Shown: in pieces, positions 39,711-51,470 of the stretch
How positions within the stretch are numbered: position 1 is the first letter of the stretch
Layout: each line of letters begins with the position of its first letter
Origin: Camelus ferus
Taxonomy: Eukaryota
DNA: 64,000 nucleotides
Direction: 5' to 3'
Assembly: GCF_009834535.1 (NCBI RefSeq)
Contig: NC_045696.1
Coordinates: forward strand, 4,218,001 to 4,282,000
Position numbers and translations under genes: made by a program
Notes under the pieces: generated by a model
The model's database searches: none
Told to the model about the DNA's origin: nothing
What the model saw: the letters and a program-made list of their open reading frames with translations, nothing else

Positions 39711-39885
39711 GGGGGAGGGCAGAGCTCAGGGGTAGAGCGCGCTTAGCACGGATGAGGTGCTGGGTTCAATCCCCGGTGCCTCTGTTGAAAGAAGTAAATA
39801 AATCAAAAAACCTAATTCCCTCCCCCCGCAAAATGAAAAATTAACGACGTCCAATAAAATTTGAAAATAATGAATTAAACAAAAT
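39711..39885 (+). mobile_element. tRNA-derived SINE, camelid vic-1-like
   Basis: GGGGAGGG head, A box AGCTCAGGGGTAGAGC, B box GGTTCAATCCC, then aaataaa..cctaattccctcccccc and an A-rich tail. Confidence 0.85.
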
Positions 39886-40372
39886 ACATACCCAGCCTTC
39901 ATACCACCTTCCAACAATCCACTGATCAATCATCTAATTATCAATGTCCAAACACGGCAACTAAACACTGCCCGCGCCGTGGTGCACACACCCAGCGCTG
40001 ACTTGCGGTCACACCGCCCACTCAGCACAAAGGTCTGTGAAAACAATCACAGTGAAAACTACTGCACGACTTCACAACCCCCTAAAACACTAGAAACTAG
40101 AGAGAAGCCAGCGTCGCGCAGAGAAGGGCCCTGCCCGTGGTACGGCCTTCTCAGCTCTCCCGCACACCTGCTCCGCCCGGCCAGGGCCTCTAACCGTCAG
40201 CATCCTGGCCCAAGGCTTAAGATCATCAAGGTTTCATCGCTGACAATAATCCTAAAAAATGCTGGGCTTGCGAGTTTGGAAGACATTGATTACTGTTTGA
40301 AACTGCCAAAATTAACTCAAACTTGAGCTCCTCGGCTGACAAAACAGATCCCCTTCGGAGGTGAGTGTAAGA

Positions 40373-40644
40373 AACAAACTATGGTTACCAGCGGGGAAGG
40401 GGGGAGGGGCAAATTAGGAGTTTGGGGTTAGCAGATACACACTCCTACTAGGTACAAAATAGATAAACAAGGACCTACTGTACAGCACAGGGAACCATAT
40501 TCAATGTCTTATGATACCCTGTAGTGGAAAAGAATCTGAAAAAACTTGTATGTATGTACATGTATAACTGAATCCCTTTGCTGTCCACCTGAAACTGACA
40601 TTACAAATCGACTACACTTCAATAAAAAATAAAATTTAAAAAAA
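40373..40644 (+). mobile_element. Short L1 3'-end insertion
   Basis: Similar to the L1 3'UTR at 46980-47187; ends aataaa plus A tail; TSD TGAGTGTAAGA at 40362-40372 and 40645-40655. Confidence 0.9.
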
Positions 40645-41429
40645 TGAGTGTAAGACTTTGGGAAAAAAAAATTTCCCTGCACAGTTTCCTGAGCTCTGAT
40701 TTACCCGCAGAGCCTTGCAGCCTCACCAGAGCGTTAATATGCTCCTAACAAGAGCACCCGTTACACCTCTTGGTTTCTGGACCAAATGGAGATTTGAGCT
40801 GCTCCGTCTTAAATCTTCTCTCCCCGGAGGAGGCTGCCAGGTCTGAGATCAATGAACTTGCCCAGACAGAGGTGAGGCCGTAAGAGTCACAGTCCGAAAG
40901 CCTCAGACTCTTAAGTGCCAGGTTTTGCACAAAACATCCCAATTCTTTTTGTTTCAAGTGCTCAGAAGGGCAGGCAGCTAGATGGTCTTGGCCTCTGGAA
41001 AACTGGCAATGAAAGAAGCCATAATTTTCTAATTTACTTGAATGTCACGATTTTGCCCCAAGTGGATGTGTCTTGATTTGTGAAAAACAAACTTAACTCT
41101 ATTAACTGTGTTTCTCTTAAGTCTACCTTCAGTGGGGTAAGAACTGAATGGGTCCTGGCACACGGTGGGGGGTGTCCAGTGTGTTGCTGTCATGTTAACA
41201 TTCATATATTGAAGAACAAAAGACTTAAGACGAGAATTTTTTGTGGTCCAGAAAATAAGGCTAGGTAGGTTCTTACAGCAGAGGGACAGTTCCATCCCAG
41301 ATGACCTGCCCCGCCTCCTGCCAACACAGAATGTTGGGTGATATGCGATGGGAGGGGTGGGGGGCCTTGGACACCAGAAACTCATGGAATCTGAGTTGGT
41401 GGGGTGGTCATATGCATTCTTCCCCCCAT

Positions 41430-41708
41430 CAGACCTCAGAAATTCATTTTCTCAGTTCTGGGGGCTGGAGGTCCCAGATGCCAGAAGGGTTGGTTTCTCG
41501 GGCCCCCCTGGTGTTTCCACGTGTGTTCTTATCTCTGCCTATAAGGACACTGGTCAGATGGGATTAGGGCCACCCTCATGGCCTCACTTTAACTTCATTC
41601 CTCTTTAAAGGTCCCATCTCCACATCTCCAAATGCAGTCACATTCTGCAATCCTGGGGATCGGGGTTTCAACATACAGGATTTGGGGGACACAATTCAAC
41701 CCATAACA
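41430..41708 (-). mobile_element. MaLR LTR fragment (MLT1)
   Basis: Reverse complement starts tgttatgggttgaattgtgtccccc; + strand has ataaggacactggtc...ggattagggccaccc. Confidence 0.82.
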
Positions 41709-42959
41709 GGGGGCCAGGGCCAGTGCGGTGCAGGGACAAGGCCCTGAGATCCTGTCAATCACAGCTTCCATCTGAGACCCTGTAGACACGCAATCATGGT
41801 CGTCCAAATCCAGAGCTGGAGGAGATGGCGGTGAAATCTGCTAGACACTCACCCGAGGACCAAACACACTGACTCAGTTCCAGCAACACGCAGTTTCTCT
41901 CAGATCAAACCAGGCCCACGGTTCCTTACAAGGTTCCTGAATTCTCACAGATGAGTGATGCTGGAAATTTGAGAATGAACTGCCCCATCAAGGAAAATAT
42001 TTCTGAGTACTCAACCCCTGTACATGTGTATATCCAGCACTTATGTGCTAAGAGGCAGCTTGGTGAACTGGTTCAGAGCATGTGACCTGGGACCAGCAGA
42101 CCCGTTTTCATATCCTGGCTCTGTCCCCATGCAGTGTGCTGCCTCAGGGATGTCACTGTCTGTGCCTCTGCTCACTCATCTGTAAAATGGGGAGAGTGAG
42201 TGGTAACCTTTCATCTTCCTTAATGTCCATCAGTAGCTCCAGCAAACTAACCAGACGGGACAACTCATCTTGAGTTTGTTATTTTTCTCAAACAGCTGAA
42301 ACTCTCTGGAAGACTTTTACCCAGGTAGAAAATTCAGCTTAAGGGTTCAAAACTGTCTTCACAGGTAACAAACTGATATCATTTTTGGTAGAAACCAAAA
42401 AATGACAGAAACATGTAAAGATACCATCTTCAAAAGACTCTCCATACATAGGAGTTCCTGTTGCAAAGCTGTGTTTCCCACTCAGTGTTAAAAGATCCCC
42501 TTAAAGGGCATGCTTTAATTGTATCTAGTATTTTTTCAGTATCTACGAAGTAGCGTGATGCAGACATCCACCTGTAATCTCAGTAAGTCAGCTAATCTGG
42601 ACCTGGGGATTTCTGGGAAACAAAAGCACGTAAGTCACTGTCAGAAGCCTTGTTTTTAAAAACAAACCAGACTGATGGCGTGCTGAAGCCTGAAAACCGT
42701 GGTGGCGGCTGGAAGAGAGAGGGAGCGTGTGTGGGAGCAGAGGCTGCGCTCGCTCGGCTGCAGCATCTGCCCAACCTTGGAGACGTCTGACCTGGACACG
42801 CGCGAGCGAGACGTACCTGCGCACACTGGATCTTCTTTCTTAAACGCACGCTGTCCCGTCTTTCCTCCCCCTTGCTGTCCTCACTTGAAGTTTTTTAAGA
42901 CCGTCCTCATCTGTCTGCAGCTGCCTCGAGTGCCTTGGTGCAGACGTGCCATGGTTCAC

Positions 42960-43170
42960 TCGCTGAGTCCACATTCCATGAGCATTTGGGTTGTTTCCAA
43001 TCATTTGCTATTACAAGTAGCATTACAAAGAATAGCCCTGTGAATTGCTTTTCATGTTTTTTGCCCAATATAACTTTTATGTAAATTCCTAGGAGTGGAT
43101 TTCTGAGTCAAAGGATAAATGCATATAAATTTGCCTAGACATTTCCAAACTCTTCTCTGTAGCCTTTGTA
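42960..43170 (-). mobile_element. Old L1M fragment
   Basis: catttgggttgtttccaatcatttgctattaca...gtaaattcctaggagtggatttctgagtcaaagg. Confidence 0.7.
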
Positions 43171-43721
43171 TGATGGGATAACATTTTAATAGAACCTTCT
43201 CTTGTCATACAAATGCCTTCAAACGAGCTCTGTAGATTGCTCTTCCCCTTCTTTGAATGAAACCTTGGGCAAAGCTATATTTTTCCAATAGCTTTGGGGC
43301 AGTACATTTATTTTTAGGTATTGTGTAAGTCCAGTCCTACTTAACATCGAAGCTTCTAGCTGGCATCCAATATAATGAGCCTACCTTAGGATCAGCGCTA
43401 CAGAGGGGAAGGGAGGTGTGGTCGGATTTACTTCTGTCTCCCCACCTTAACGATGCCTCTGATTTCTCCAGGACTGGAACAGGGGGACTGGAGAGGGAAG
43501 GGGCAGGAATGTGCTTATTTGACTTGTGGTTGGTAGACTCTGGATGTCTATGTGCTAAACCTTCCTCTTGTGGGGTGTGCAGTGGGCTCCTCAGAGCCAC
43601 TGTCCTCCCTCCCCCACCATGGACGGCTCCCACCTGCAGCTTCCTGATGTGGGCAGAACCACTGCTGGCCAGCTGGCCACTTGCCACTCCCCCCTTAGTT
43701 TCTAGCACCTGAAAGCCCAAC

Positions 43722-43932
43722 CCAGAGGTCAATAGACTTTTTCCACAAATAGCCAGCTAGTCAGTATCTTAGGCTTTGGCAATATGGTGACCATCTCACG
43801 CGCTCAATTCCACCACCGTGGTATGAAACAGCCACAGACGACCTGTGAACAAACACAATGGCTGTGTTCCAATTAAACCTTATTTACAAAACAGGGAGAT
43901 CTGGCCCATGGAGCTTAGAATGCTGACTCCTG
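43722..43932 (+). mobile_element. MER58A-like hAT element
   Basis: ttaggctttgg...cagccacagac...ggctgtgttccaattaaaccttatttacaaaacagg...tgctgactcctg. Confidence 0.8.
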
Positions 43933-44354
43933 ATCTACCCCGTACAAACTCCCTCTGGTTGTCCTCTCCTGTGGGGTTCCTTCTGTGGTGACCAAAGTCT
44001 AGATTCCTGTATCAAGGACATACCTTGTCCACTGGAAATAAGCACCTGGCCAAAAATAGCAACAAAGACAACAGTGACAGGACTTTTACACTTGCCCTTC
44101 TCTTCTCGGGAGGGTTCAAGGATAGGAAAATAAGGGCAAATTGCCTTGGACTATTTTTAAACTACTATTAAGCTATTACTTTTTTCCAAAGGCAGGATGA
44201 TAATGTAATAGAGAAGAACAAATCAGACTCCATAGCAGATCTGTTCCTTTGACTTTAACCCTGTGCCCTGTTTCTGATAAAGTTGCTATTTCTTGTCCTG
44301 ACACCTCGTCTCCTGATTTACTGGCCTGTTGTGTGCCGAGCAGGACGAGTTTAG

Positions 44355-44730
44355 ACTCAGTAATACATCATTTGGAATGTTTTTGGCTGCAAGTAAAACA
44401 TAAAACTAGATTTAGAGTGGCTCAAATGAGAAAGGATTTATTTTTCTCCACATCAAGAAGTCTCTAGAGACAGTTGGTATCAGATCAACATATCAAGGAA
44501 AGTCAGTGTCAGCTCCCTGCTGCTCCCCTGACCTCTCTTTCAAGGTCAGAATTTGGCTGCCCTGGTTGAAGGCCTTGCATTTTCGTCAAAGGCAGGAAGG
44601 AGGAGAAATTATAATCCCAGCCATACCTGCCAGTTTTATCAGGCAAACATAAGCTTTCCCTGAAATCTCCCAGGAGAACCCCATTTAGGTCCCCTAGCCC
44701 ATGGTTAGCTATGCCCTTAATCACAAAGGA
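44355..44730 (-). mobile_element. Old MaLR LTR (MLT1J/K-like)
   Basis: ttggctgcaagtaaaac...agtggctcaaatg.gaaaggatttattt matches the reverse 3' end of MLT1J/K as recalled. Confidence 0.55.
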
Positions 44731-44899
44731 CGTTTCAGTGAAATGATTCAGGCGAGAGAGAAGTGAATTGGGAAAGTGTGTGAGTTTGATCAGCTAACTG
44801 AAAATACCCACACAGACCAGGTAACAGAATCCTCACCATTGTCATGTTTCAAAAACTAGAGACAGACATAAGTAATGAAAATATACTCCACACCCTGCC

Positions 44900-45204
44900 T
44901 ACACACAGAGAAGGTCCAACATCTGAACAGGAGGTCCAAAAGAGCACAATTACTAGAAAATTTCTTGAAACTGAGCATCATGAAACCCCAGACTGAAAAG
45001 ACTCACCAAGCATCCAGCCTAAGAACAACAGAAAAAGACACCTTCATGAAAGTTCAGAATACCAGGTCTAATAATTCGCATTCACAGTATCTCATACATA
45101 GTTCATACACAGTTCATATAGAAAAATTAGAAACCAGAATTTCATCAGGCTGACCAACAGCATCAAGGCAGTAAGACTATGTAAAAATAGCTTCAAGACT
45201 CTGA
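44900..45204 (+). mobile_element. Old L1M fragment, probably ORF1 region, interrupted by the younger L1
   Basis: A-rich sequence resembling old L1 consensus; the motif gcttcaagactctga|gggata resumes after the younger L1. Confidence 0.5.
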
Positions 45205-45347
45205 AAGTACTTTATACAGAAAACCCTAACGTCTCCACCAAAAATCTAGTAGAACTAATAAATGAACTCAGCAAGGTTGCAGGATACAAGATTAATATAT
45301 AGATATCTGTGCTTTCCTGTACACTAATAATGAACCATCAGACAGAG

Positions 45348-45352
<5 letters not shown>

Positions 45353-45385
<33 letters not shown>
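45353..45385. repeat. A33 homopolymer inside the L1 ORF2 remnant
   Basis: Direct count. Confidence 0.9.
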
Positions 45386-45387
<2 letters not shown>

Positions 45388-46759
45388 CCTTCTAAAGTCA
45401 ATCAAAAAGAATAAAATACCTAGGAATCAACTTAACCAAGGAACGGAAAGACCTGTACTCTGAAAACTGTAAGACGCTGATGAAGGAAACTGAAAATGAT
45501 ACAAAGATATCGAAAGTTACCCCATGCTCTTGGACTGTAAGACTCGATATTGTTAAAATGGCCACACTACCCAAGGCAATCTACAGACTTACCGCAACCC
45601 CTGTCAAAGTACCCATGTCATTTTTCACAGAACTAGAACAAATAATCCTAAAATTCATACGGAACCACAAAAGACCCTGAATTGCCAAAGCAATCTTGAG
45701 AAAAGAGAACAAAGCTGGAAGTATCACCCTCTCAGACTTCAGACTATATTGCGAAGTTACAGTAATCAACATAGCACGGAGCTGGCACAGAAAGGGACTC
45801 ATAGCTCAACACAGTAGAGCACAGAGCCCAGGAATAAGCCCCACACCTGTGGGCAATTAACCTACGACAAAGCAGGCAAGAACATGCAATGGAGACACGA
45901 CAGTCTCTTCAATGAGTGGCGCTGGGAGAACTGGACAGCCGCCTGCGAAAGAACGCGATTAGAACATTCTCTCACACCATACACAAAAGTAAACTCAAAG
46001 TGGCTTAAAGACTTACATATAAGAACTGAAACCATAAAACTTCAAGAAGAGAACACAAGCAGAACACTCCTTGAAATAAATCATAGCGATTTTTTTTGGA
46101 TCTGTCTCCTGAGGTAAAAGAAGTAAAAGCAAAAATAAACTTAATAGGGCCTAATTAAACTTAAAAGTTTTTGCACAGCAAATGAAACCACTGACAAAAA
46201 GAAAGGACAACCCTTGGAATGCGAGAAAATATTTGCAAATGATACAATCAATAAGGGATTAATATCCAAAATATATAAAATGTTCCTACAATTCAATACC
46301 AAAAACAACCCAGTCAAAAGGTGGAAAGACTTGAATAGGCATTTTTCCAAGGAAGACATACAGATGGCTAATAGGAAAAGATGCTCAACATTGACAATTG
46401 ATTAAAAATGCAGACTAAATGAGGTATCACTTTACAACTGTCAGAATGGCTATCATCAAAAAATCTACAAATAACAAACTGGTGAGGATGTAGAGAAAAG
46501 GAAATCATCTTACACTGTTGATGGGAATGTAACTTGGTGCAGTCACTATGGAAAACAGTATGAAGGTTCTTCAAAAAATAAAAATAGAACTATCATATGA
46601 GCCATACACTCCTAGGTATACATCCAAAGAAAAAAACCCCAGTAATTTGAAAAGGTACAAAAGGAACCCCAATGTTCATTGCAGCATTATTACAATAGCC
46701 AAGATATGGAAGCAACCCAAGTGTCCATCAACAGATGAATGGATAAAGAAGATATGGTG

Positions 46760-46762
<3 letters not shown>

Positions 46763-46804
<42 letters not shown>
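46763..46804. repeat. (AC)21 microsatellite inside L1
   Basis: Perfect run. Confidence 0.95.
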
Positions 46805-46806
<2 letters not shown>

Positions 46807-48294
46807 AATGTAGTATTACTCAACCATATAAAAAAGAATGAAATTCTGCCATTTGCAGCAATGAAGATGGAACTGGAGAATATTATGTTCAGTGAAATAA
46901 ATCAGAAAAAGACAAACACTATATGATATGCTTATAGATTAAATGTGAAATCTAAAAATTAAATGAATGTATATAACAAAAGAGGGAAGGGGAGGGGATT
47001 AAGAGACACAAACTACTGTGTATAAAATAGATAAGCAACAGGACATGTTGCATAGCACAGGGAATTATAGCCTAATTATCTTGTAGTAAGTTTAAGTGGA
47101 GTATAACCTGTAAAAATACTGAATCACTATGCTGTACACCTGAAACTAATGTAATATCGTAACTCAGCTACACTCCAATCTAAAAAAGACTCTGAGGGAT
47201 ACGTGAAGGTGCTTTTGGCCAGAGGACCCAGGAGTGCCAGTTTCCGTGTCTACACTCACTCTTAGGTGGGGATCCGAGGTGGTGCAGACCTAAGGAACTG
47301 CAGGCAATGAGAAAGAGGGCACCAGTGACCACTGGCTGTGTGACCCCCCAAGACCCCCCTGCAGAGCTCTGGTGAAGCTGGGTTAGAGCATGAGGCTCAG
47401 ATTTGAGGTTCAGCAGGTCCCTGCCTCCCTCGAGGTCTGGACACAAATACTGGGAGTTTTCAGTCCTCTGTTCAACCTCATGGCTCATAAACCCAGGACC
47501 ACGAGGCAGGTGTTCACAGAGACAGGGATGAACAGGCTCCAAGTGCAGCACCTGCTCATATGTGGAGGGGAAAGCGGGGACTCCACCTCTACAAACAGCC
47601 CAGCCCAGTGGGCACTGCAGTGTCTCCTATTTGGGGGTTCAAGCAAGAAGAGGGGGGAGAAGTCACCCATGTCCCACAGGGTGAATGCGCCAAACTGTAC
47701 ATACACTTACTGATCAAAGGACGATAAAAAATATTTCATCTGTGCTTGAAATCTGTGCATACTGAAGAGCTGAGCTAGATAGTAGCGCCTCACGCATGCC
47801 GGAGCTATGGTAGCCACACTTTGATGAACATGGTTATGGGTTCAATTGCCTGAAGTGTCCGTGCGTCGGGGACTTGACAGTCTTGTGACCTTGGCTGCAC
47901 AGCTCTTCCACATCACAAGGCGCCAGCCATTCCAAAGGTTTTGAAAATCCTTATGTTCAGAGCATTCGATCTTCAAAGGAGGTTTTGTGGTTGTTTTTAA
48001 CCTCAAACAAAATCTCCCTTTGCCCCCCGCCCCTAACCATTTTCTCTCAGTGCCTGCACCTCCCATCTTCCTCTTCCAGAAAAAAGTTCAAAGTGCGCGC
48101 ACAGCCATGAGAGGCTCACTCGGGACTGACTCACAGAGGCTTTCGGAAGTTAGATTCTGGAACGCCCTAGGAAGTTGGGATTTTAAAGCAGAGCTGTGAA
48201 ACCCTGTTTTGGGACTCCTGGACTAAAATGATGCTCTCAAATGCATTCAGTGGTAGAGAGTAATCATTCTTCTATTCTTCAGATATTAGCCTAG

Positions 48295-48660
48295 CCTGTG
48301 CCAGCCATGGTTCCAGACAGAAAGATGCCATGGGCAACAATTCTGTACTTGTGACCCCGAAGCCTCCTGGGACTCTGCCTGCTGGCTTCCCTGGGCCTCA
48401 CCCAGGACGGACAGGAGTTGATGATAAATGCCCAGCTCCTTTGTCCTTCAGCTGGGACGGCTGAGCCCAGGCACTATTCCCTCTCAGAGATCCCAGGGGA
48501 TGGAGCCCACTGCTCACACCCGTAACCTCTCTGTCATCCACACTTCCCCTCCTGTCACTGCCCCATCGCTGCACAAGATTCCTGGGACCACCTCCCAAGG
48601 CAGCCCCCAACTCGCATCCTCATCTAAGTCTGTTTCTGGGGGAGCCCAACCCAGGATACA
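48295..48660 (+). mobile_element. ERVL LTR (LTR16-like)
   Basis: 3' end cctgggaccacctccca...gtctgtttctgggggagcccaacccaggataca. Confidence 0.65.
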
Positions 48661-48929
48661 AGTCTAAGCCGTCTCCTGCACCCCACCTTCCCAGGCACCC
48701 TGACTTTAATTTTCCTAATTCAGAAACTCTCCCGGATTTTACTCCCCTCCCCTGACCCCTCACACTCTGCACAGACATGGCCAATAAGCTTGGGGCATGA
48801 AGTTTTCACCCTTTGCAAGGCCTTTGTTCTGATAAATCTCATCTCAAAGCACAATTTTCAAAGGAGCTGCTCCGAAAACCGGGCATGTCAGAGCCGATCT
48901 CCGCAGCCCCTGGTGCTGGCGCTGTGTGC

Positions 48930-49290
48930 CCTCCAGGCTGTAGCCTTCACCTGCCTGGCTTCATCCTGGAACACGGGGCCCCCAGCTGCTCAAGGGAGGT
49001 CTTTCCCTCCTGCTACTCACAGCTCAAACTGCACCTGCTCAGAGAGGTCTTCTGGAACCACCCTTTCCAACACGGCGTTCACTGACACCCATCACCACCA
49101 GGCTGTGCAGCCTCACAGCACCGACCTGAAATTCTGTTCACTTTCCTTACAATCTGTCTTCCCAACAAGCACATCAGTTCTCAAAAAGGCAATGGCCATC
49201 TTTGTCTAGTTGGCTGTTGAGTCCCAGGGCTTAGATTAGGGTCTGGCATACAGTAGGTGCTTAATAAGTACGCTGAAAGGAGGAATAAAG
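48930..49290 (+). mobile_element. L2 3' end
   Basis: ctcaaactgcacctgctcagagaggtcttct...tctggcatacagtaggtgcttaataa. Confidence 0.65.
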
Positions 49291-49524
49291 CATGTTCATC
49301 ATTTGCGTCTAGTTCAAAATTCTTTCATTCTTTAATCCCCAATCACCCGAGTTAGAAGTGCCTTGCTTACTGCATCTGGCAAGAAGAACAGGACAGAACT
49401 ATAAACATCAGGGGAGACACGCCGACACTGCCCGCTCGCACCCACAGGTGCTGCTGACAGACAGTCTCCCTCCCGCTCCGGGCGCCGCTCCCGGCCAGCT
49501 GAGTCAGAGTGCTGGGCCCCCGGT

Positions 49525-49730
49525 GCCTTGGTACTGCTGACATGGGCGAGCAGGTAATCCTTTATTGGGGGAGGGGCTCTGTCCTGTGCTTTGTAGGATG
49601 TCCAGCAGTGTCCCCGGCCTCCATCCATTAGATGCCAGTGGCACCACCCAAATGGTAACAACCAGGAATGTCTGCAGAGAGTGCCCAGTGTCCCCTGAAG
49701 GACACAACTTCCCTGAGTGAGGAACCACTG
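49525..49730 (-). mobile_element. MER20 hAT element
   Basis: Reverse complement cagtggttcctca...caggggacactgggca...actggcatctaatggatggaggccgggg...acatcctacaaagcacaggacag. Confidence 0.85.
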
Positions 49731-50494
49731 AGTTAGATTTACTTGCTTCCCCTGGGGTAAAGCTCTGTACCCACCCCCTCGTAAGAGGGCTGGAAGCAGA
49801 GGACCCAACACTCATATTTCCCTTTTGTGTTTTAGGGGAAGTAACCACTGTCCCACTAAAGAGAGGATGCAATAAGGCAAATTTGTTACTGGAACCATTT
49901 GTAACAACTTCTAATTTGCACTCCTCTCAAGGAGCAAGCATAATTTTTATAGCTGTGCGCCCCGCAAGCCAGGCTCCCAGCCACAAACAAGTGTTACATG
50001 TTGGCAATAAGGTAACCACAGGATGGGGGGGGGCAGAAACTTTGGGGATCAGCGCCACAGAGAAGTGACATGTCCGCTCAATCGAATCATTTTTAAAATG
50101 GTGCTTGTATTTGTATGTCTTTTCAGCGTTTCCCTAGTAATGCATGCTTATTGATTTACAAATTATGGCTCCAGGACAGACTGGAAATTTAAAAAGGACA
50201 CAGTCGGCCCAGAGACTCTGAACAGCACGGCTTTAGAGCTCCTTCTCTGCCGACCGCCCCTCCCCACCTGCCAAGCGCAGGGCAGCTTTTGGAACACAGT
50301 CTGCTGCAGGAAGAGGTTTCCTTAAAACTAAATCAAACAACGGCCTTTAGGAAGACGCAAGCGCCTGCCGATTCTGATTCCGCACAGGAAACCACCCAGC
50401 AAAGGACGCTCTGGCCTCCGTGGTGGCCCCCAGATAGGATCCAAAGGCTGGGGCCTGACTTGTTGCTTGAGCGGGGGAGGGGCGGGTTGTGAGC

Positions 50495-50610
50495 CGTAAT
50501 AAAATGCAGGTTCTCAGGCCCCAGTGCAGACTGTCTCCCCTGGTAAGCCTGGACCGGGGCTTGGGAATCTGTATTTTTAACTCGCCTGACAAGGTGTGCT
50601 CAGTCCTTCC
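50495..50610. mobile_element. MER5-like fragment
   Basis: aaatgcaggttctcaggcccc...gggaatctgtatttttaac. Confidence 0.6.
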
Positions 50611-51154
50611 CACGGCCAACTGGTCTGTGAAGTAAGGCCTCCGGCCGTGCTCTTCCAGCCAGCAGCATCTACCCTCCCCGCTCGCCAGGCCCTGAACCAG
50701 ACCCTGCATCTTACCAGGGCCCCGGTCCCACACCTGCGCACAGCAGCTGCAGGTCAGAGCCACTGCGAGCGCTCACACGTAGACCAGGTGACAGTCGCCG
50801 AGTGGCAGGGCTTCTACGAGGCGTCTCGGGTCGCCTGCTCACATCTCCTAACTTCAGACGAGGAAGCTGAGGTTCCGGGAGGCTGAACCACCTGCTCCCC
50901 CACACCGGTACGCAGCAAGCCTGTGCTTCCACAATCAGCACCGGAAACACCCGATTCCTCCCAGCTGCGAGACCCACAGAGACCGGCCTGCTCTTTGGTG
51001 GCCTCTCCGATTGGGAAAAGCTAGTGGGCTTCCCCAGGAGGCAGCCTGAGGTAGTGACAGGGCTCCGGGTGCCCCTCTGCGGCTTCGGGAATCCTCGCCC
51101 GCCTTCACGAAGCAGCAACGTCCTGCCTGACCTCTCCAGGCTCCCTGGAGCACC

Positions 51155-51470
51155 TGTTTTTAACTGGGGCGTGGTCGGTCTGCAACGCTGTGTCACTTTG
51201 TGGTGCGCAGCATGACGCTTCAGTCGTGCACACACACTTAGATTGCTTTTCATACTCTTCTTCGTTATAGGCTGCCACAGGACGTTAATATAGTTCCCTG
51301 TGCCCTACTGTAGAAACCTGTTATTTATCTACTTTATATACAATAGTTAGAATCTGCAAATCCCAAACTCCCGATTTATCCCTTCCCACTGCCTTTTCCC
51401 ACCAGTAACCATAAGTTTATTTCCTATGTCTGTGAGTCTGTTTCTGTTTTGTAAATAAGTTCATCTGTGT
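51155..51470 (-). mobile_element. L1 3'UTR fragment
   Basis: atatagttccctgtgc...ccagtaaccataagtttattttctatgtctgtgagtctgtttctgttttgtaaataagttcat; same family as the 40373 and 56290 copies. Confidence 0.85.

Larger units (their letters stand above)
45205..47187 (+). mobile_element. 5'-truncated L1: degenerate 3' part of ORF2 plus 3'UTR, antisense to BACE2
   Basis: ORF fragments 45480..46808 give L1 ORF2 peptides ([50 protein letters not shown]); flanked by AAGACTCTGA at 45195-45204 and 47186-47195. Confidence 0.95.

Noticed and set aside
39711..39785. tRNA gene
   Set aside because: Has A and B boxes but no proper acceptor stem, and continues into a SINE body and A-rich tail.
45480..46808. Active reverse transcriptase gene
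   Set aside because: 5'-truncated L1 ORF2 broken by frameshifts and stops.
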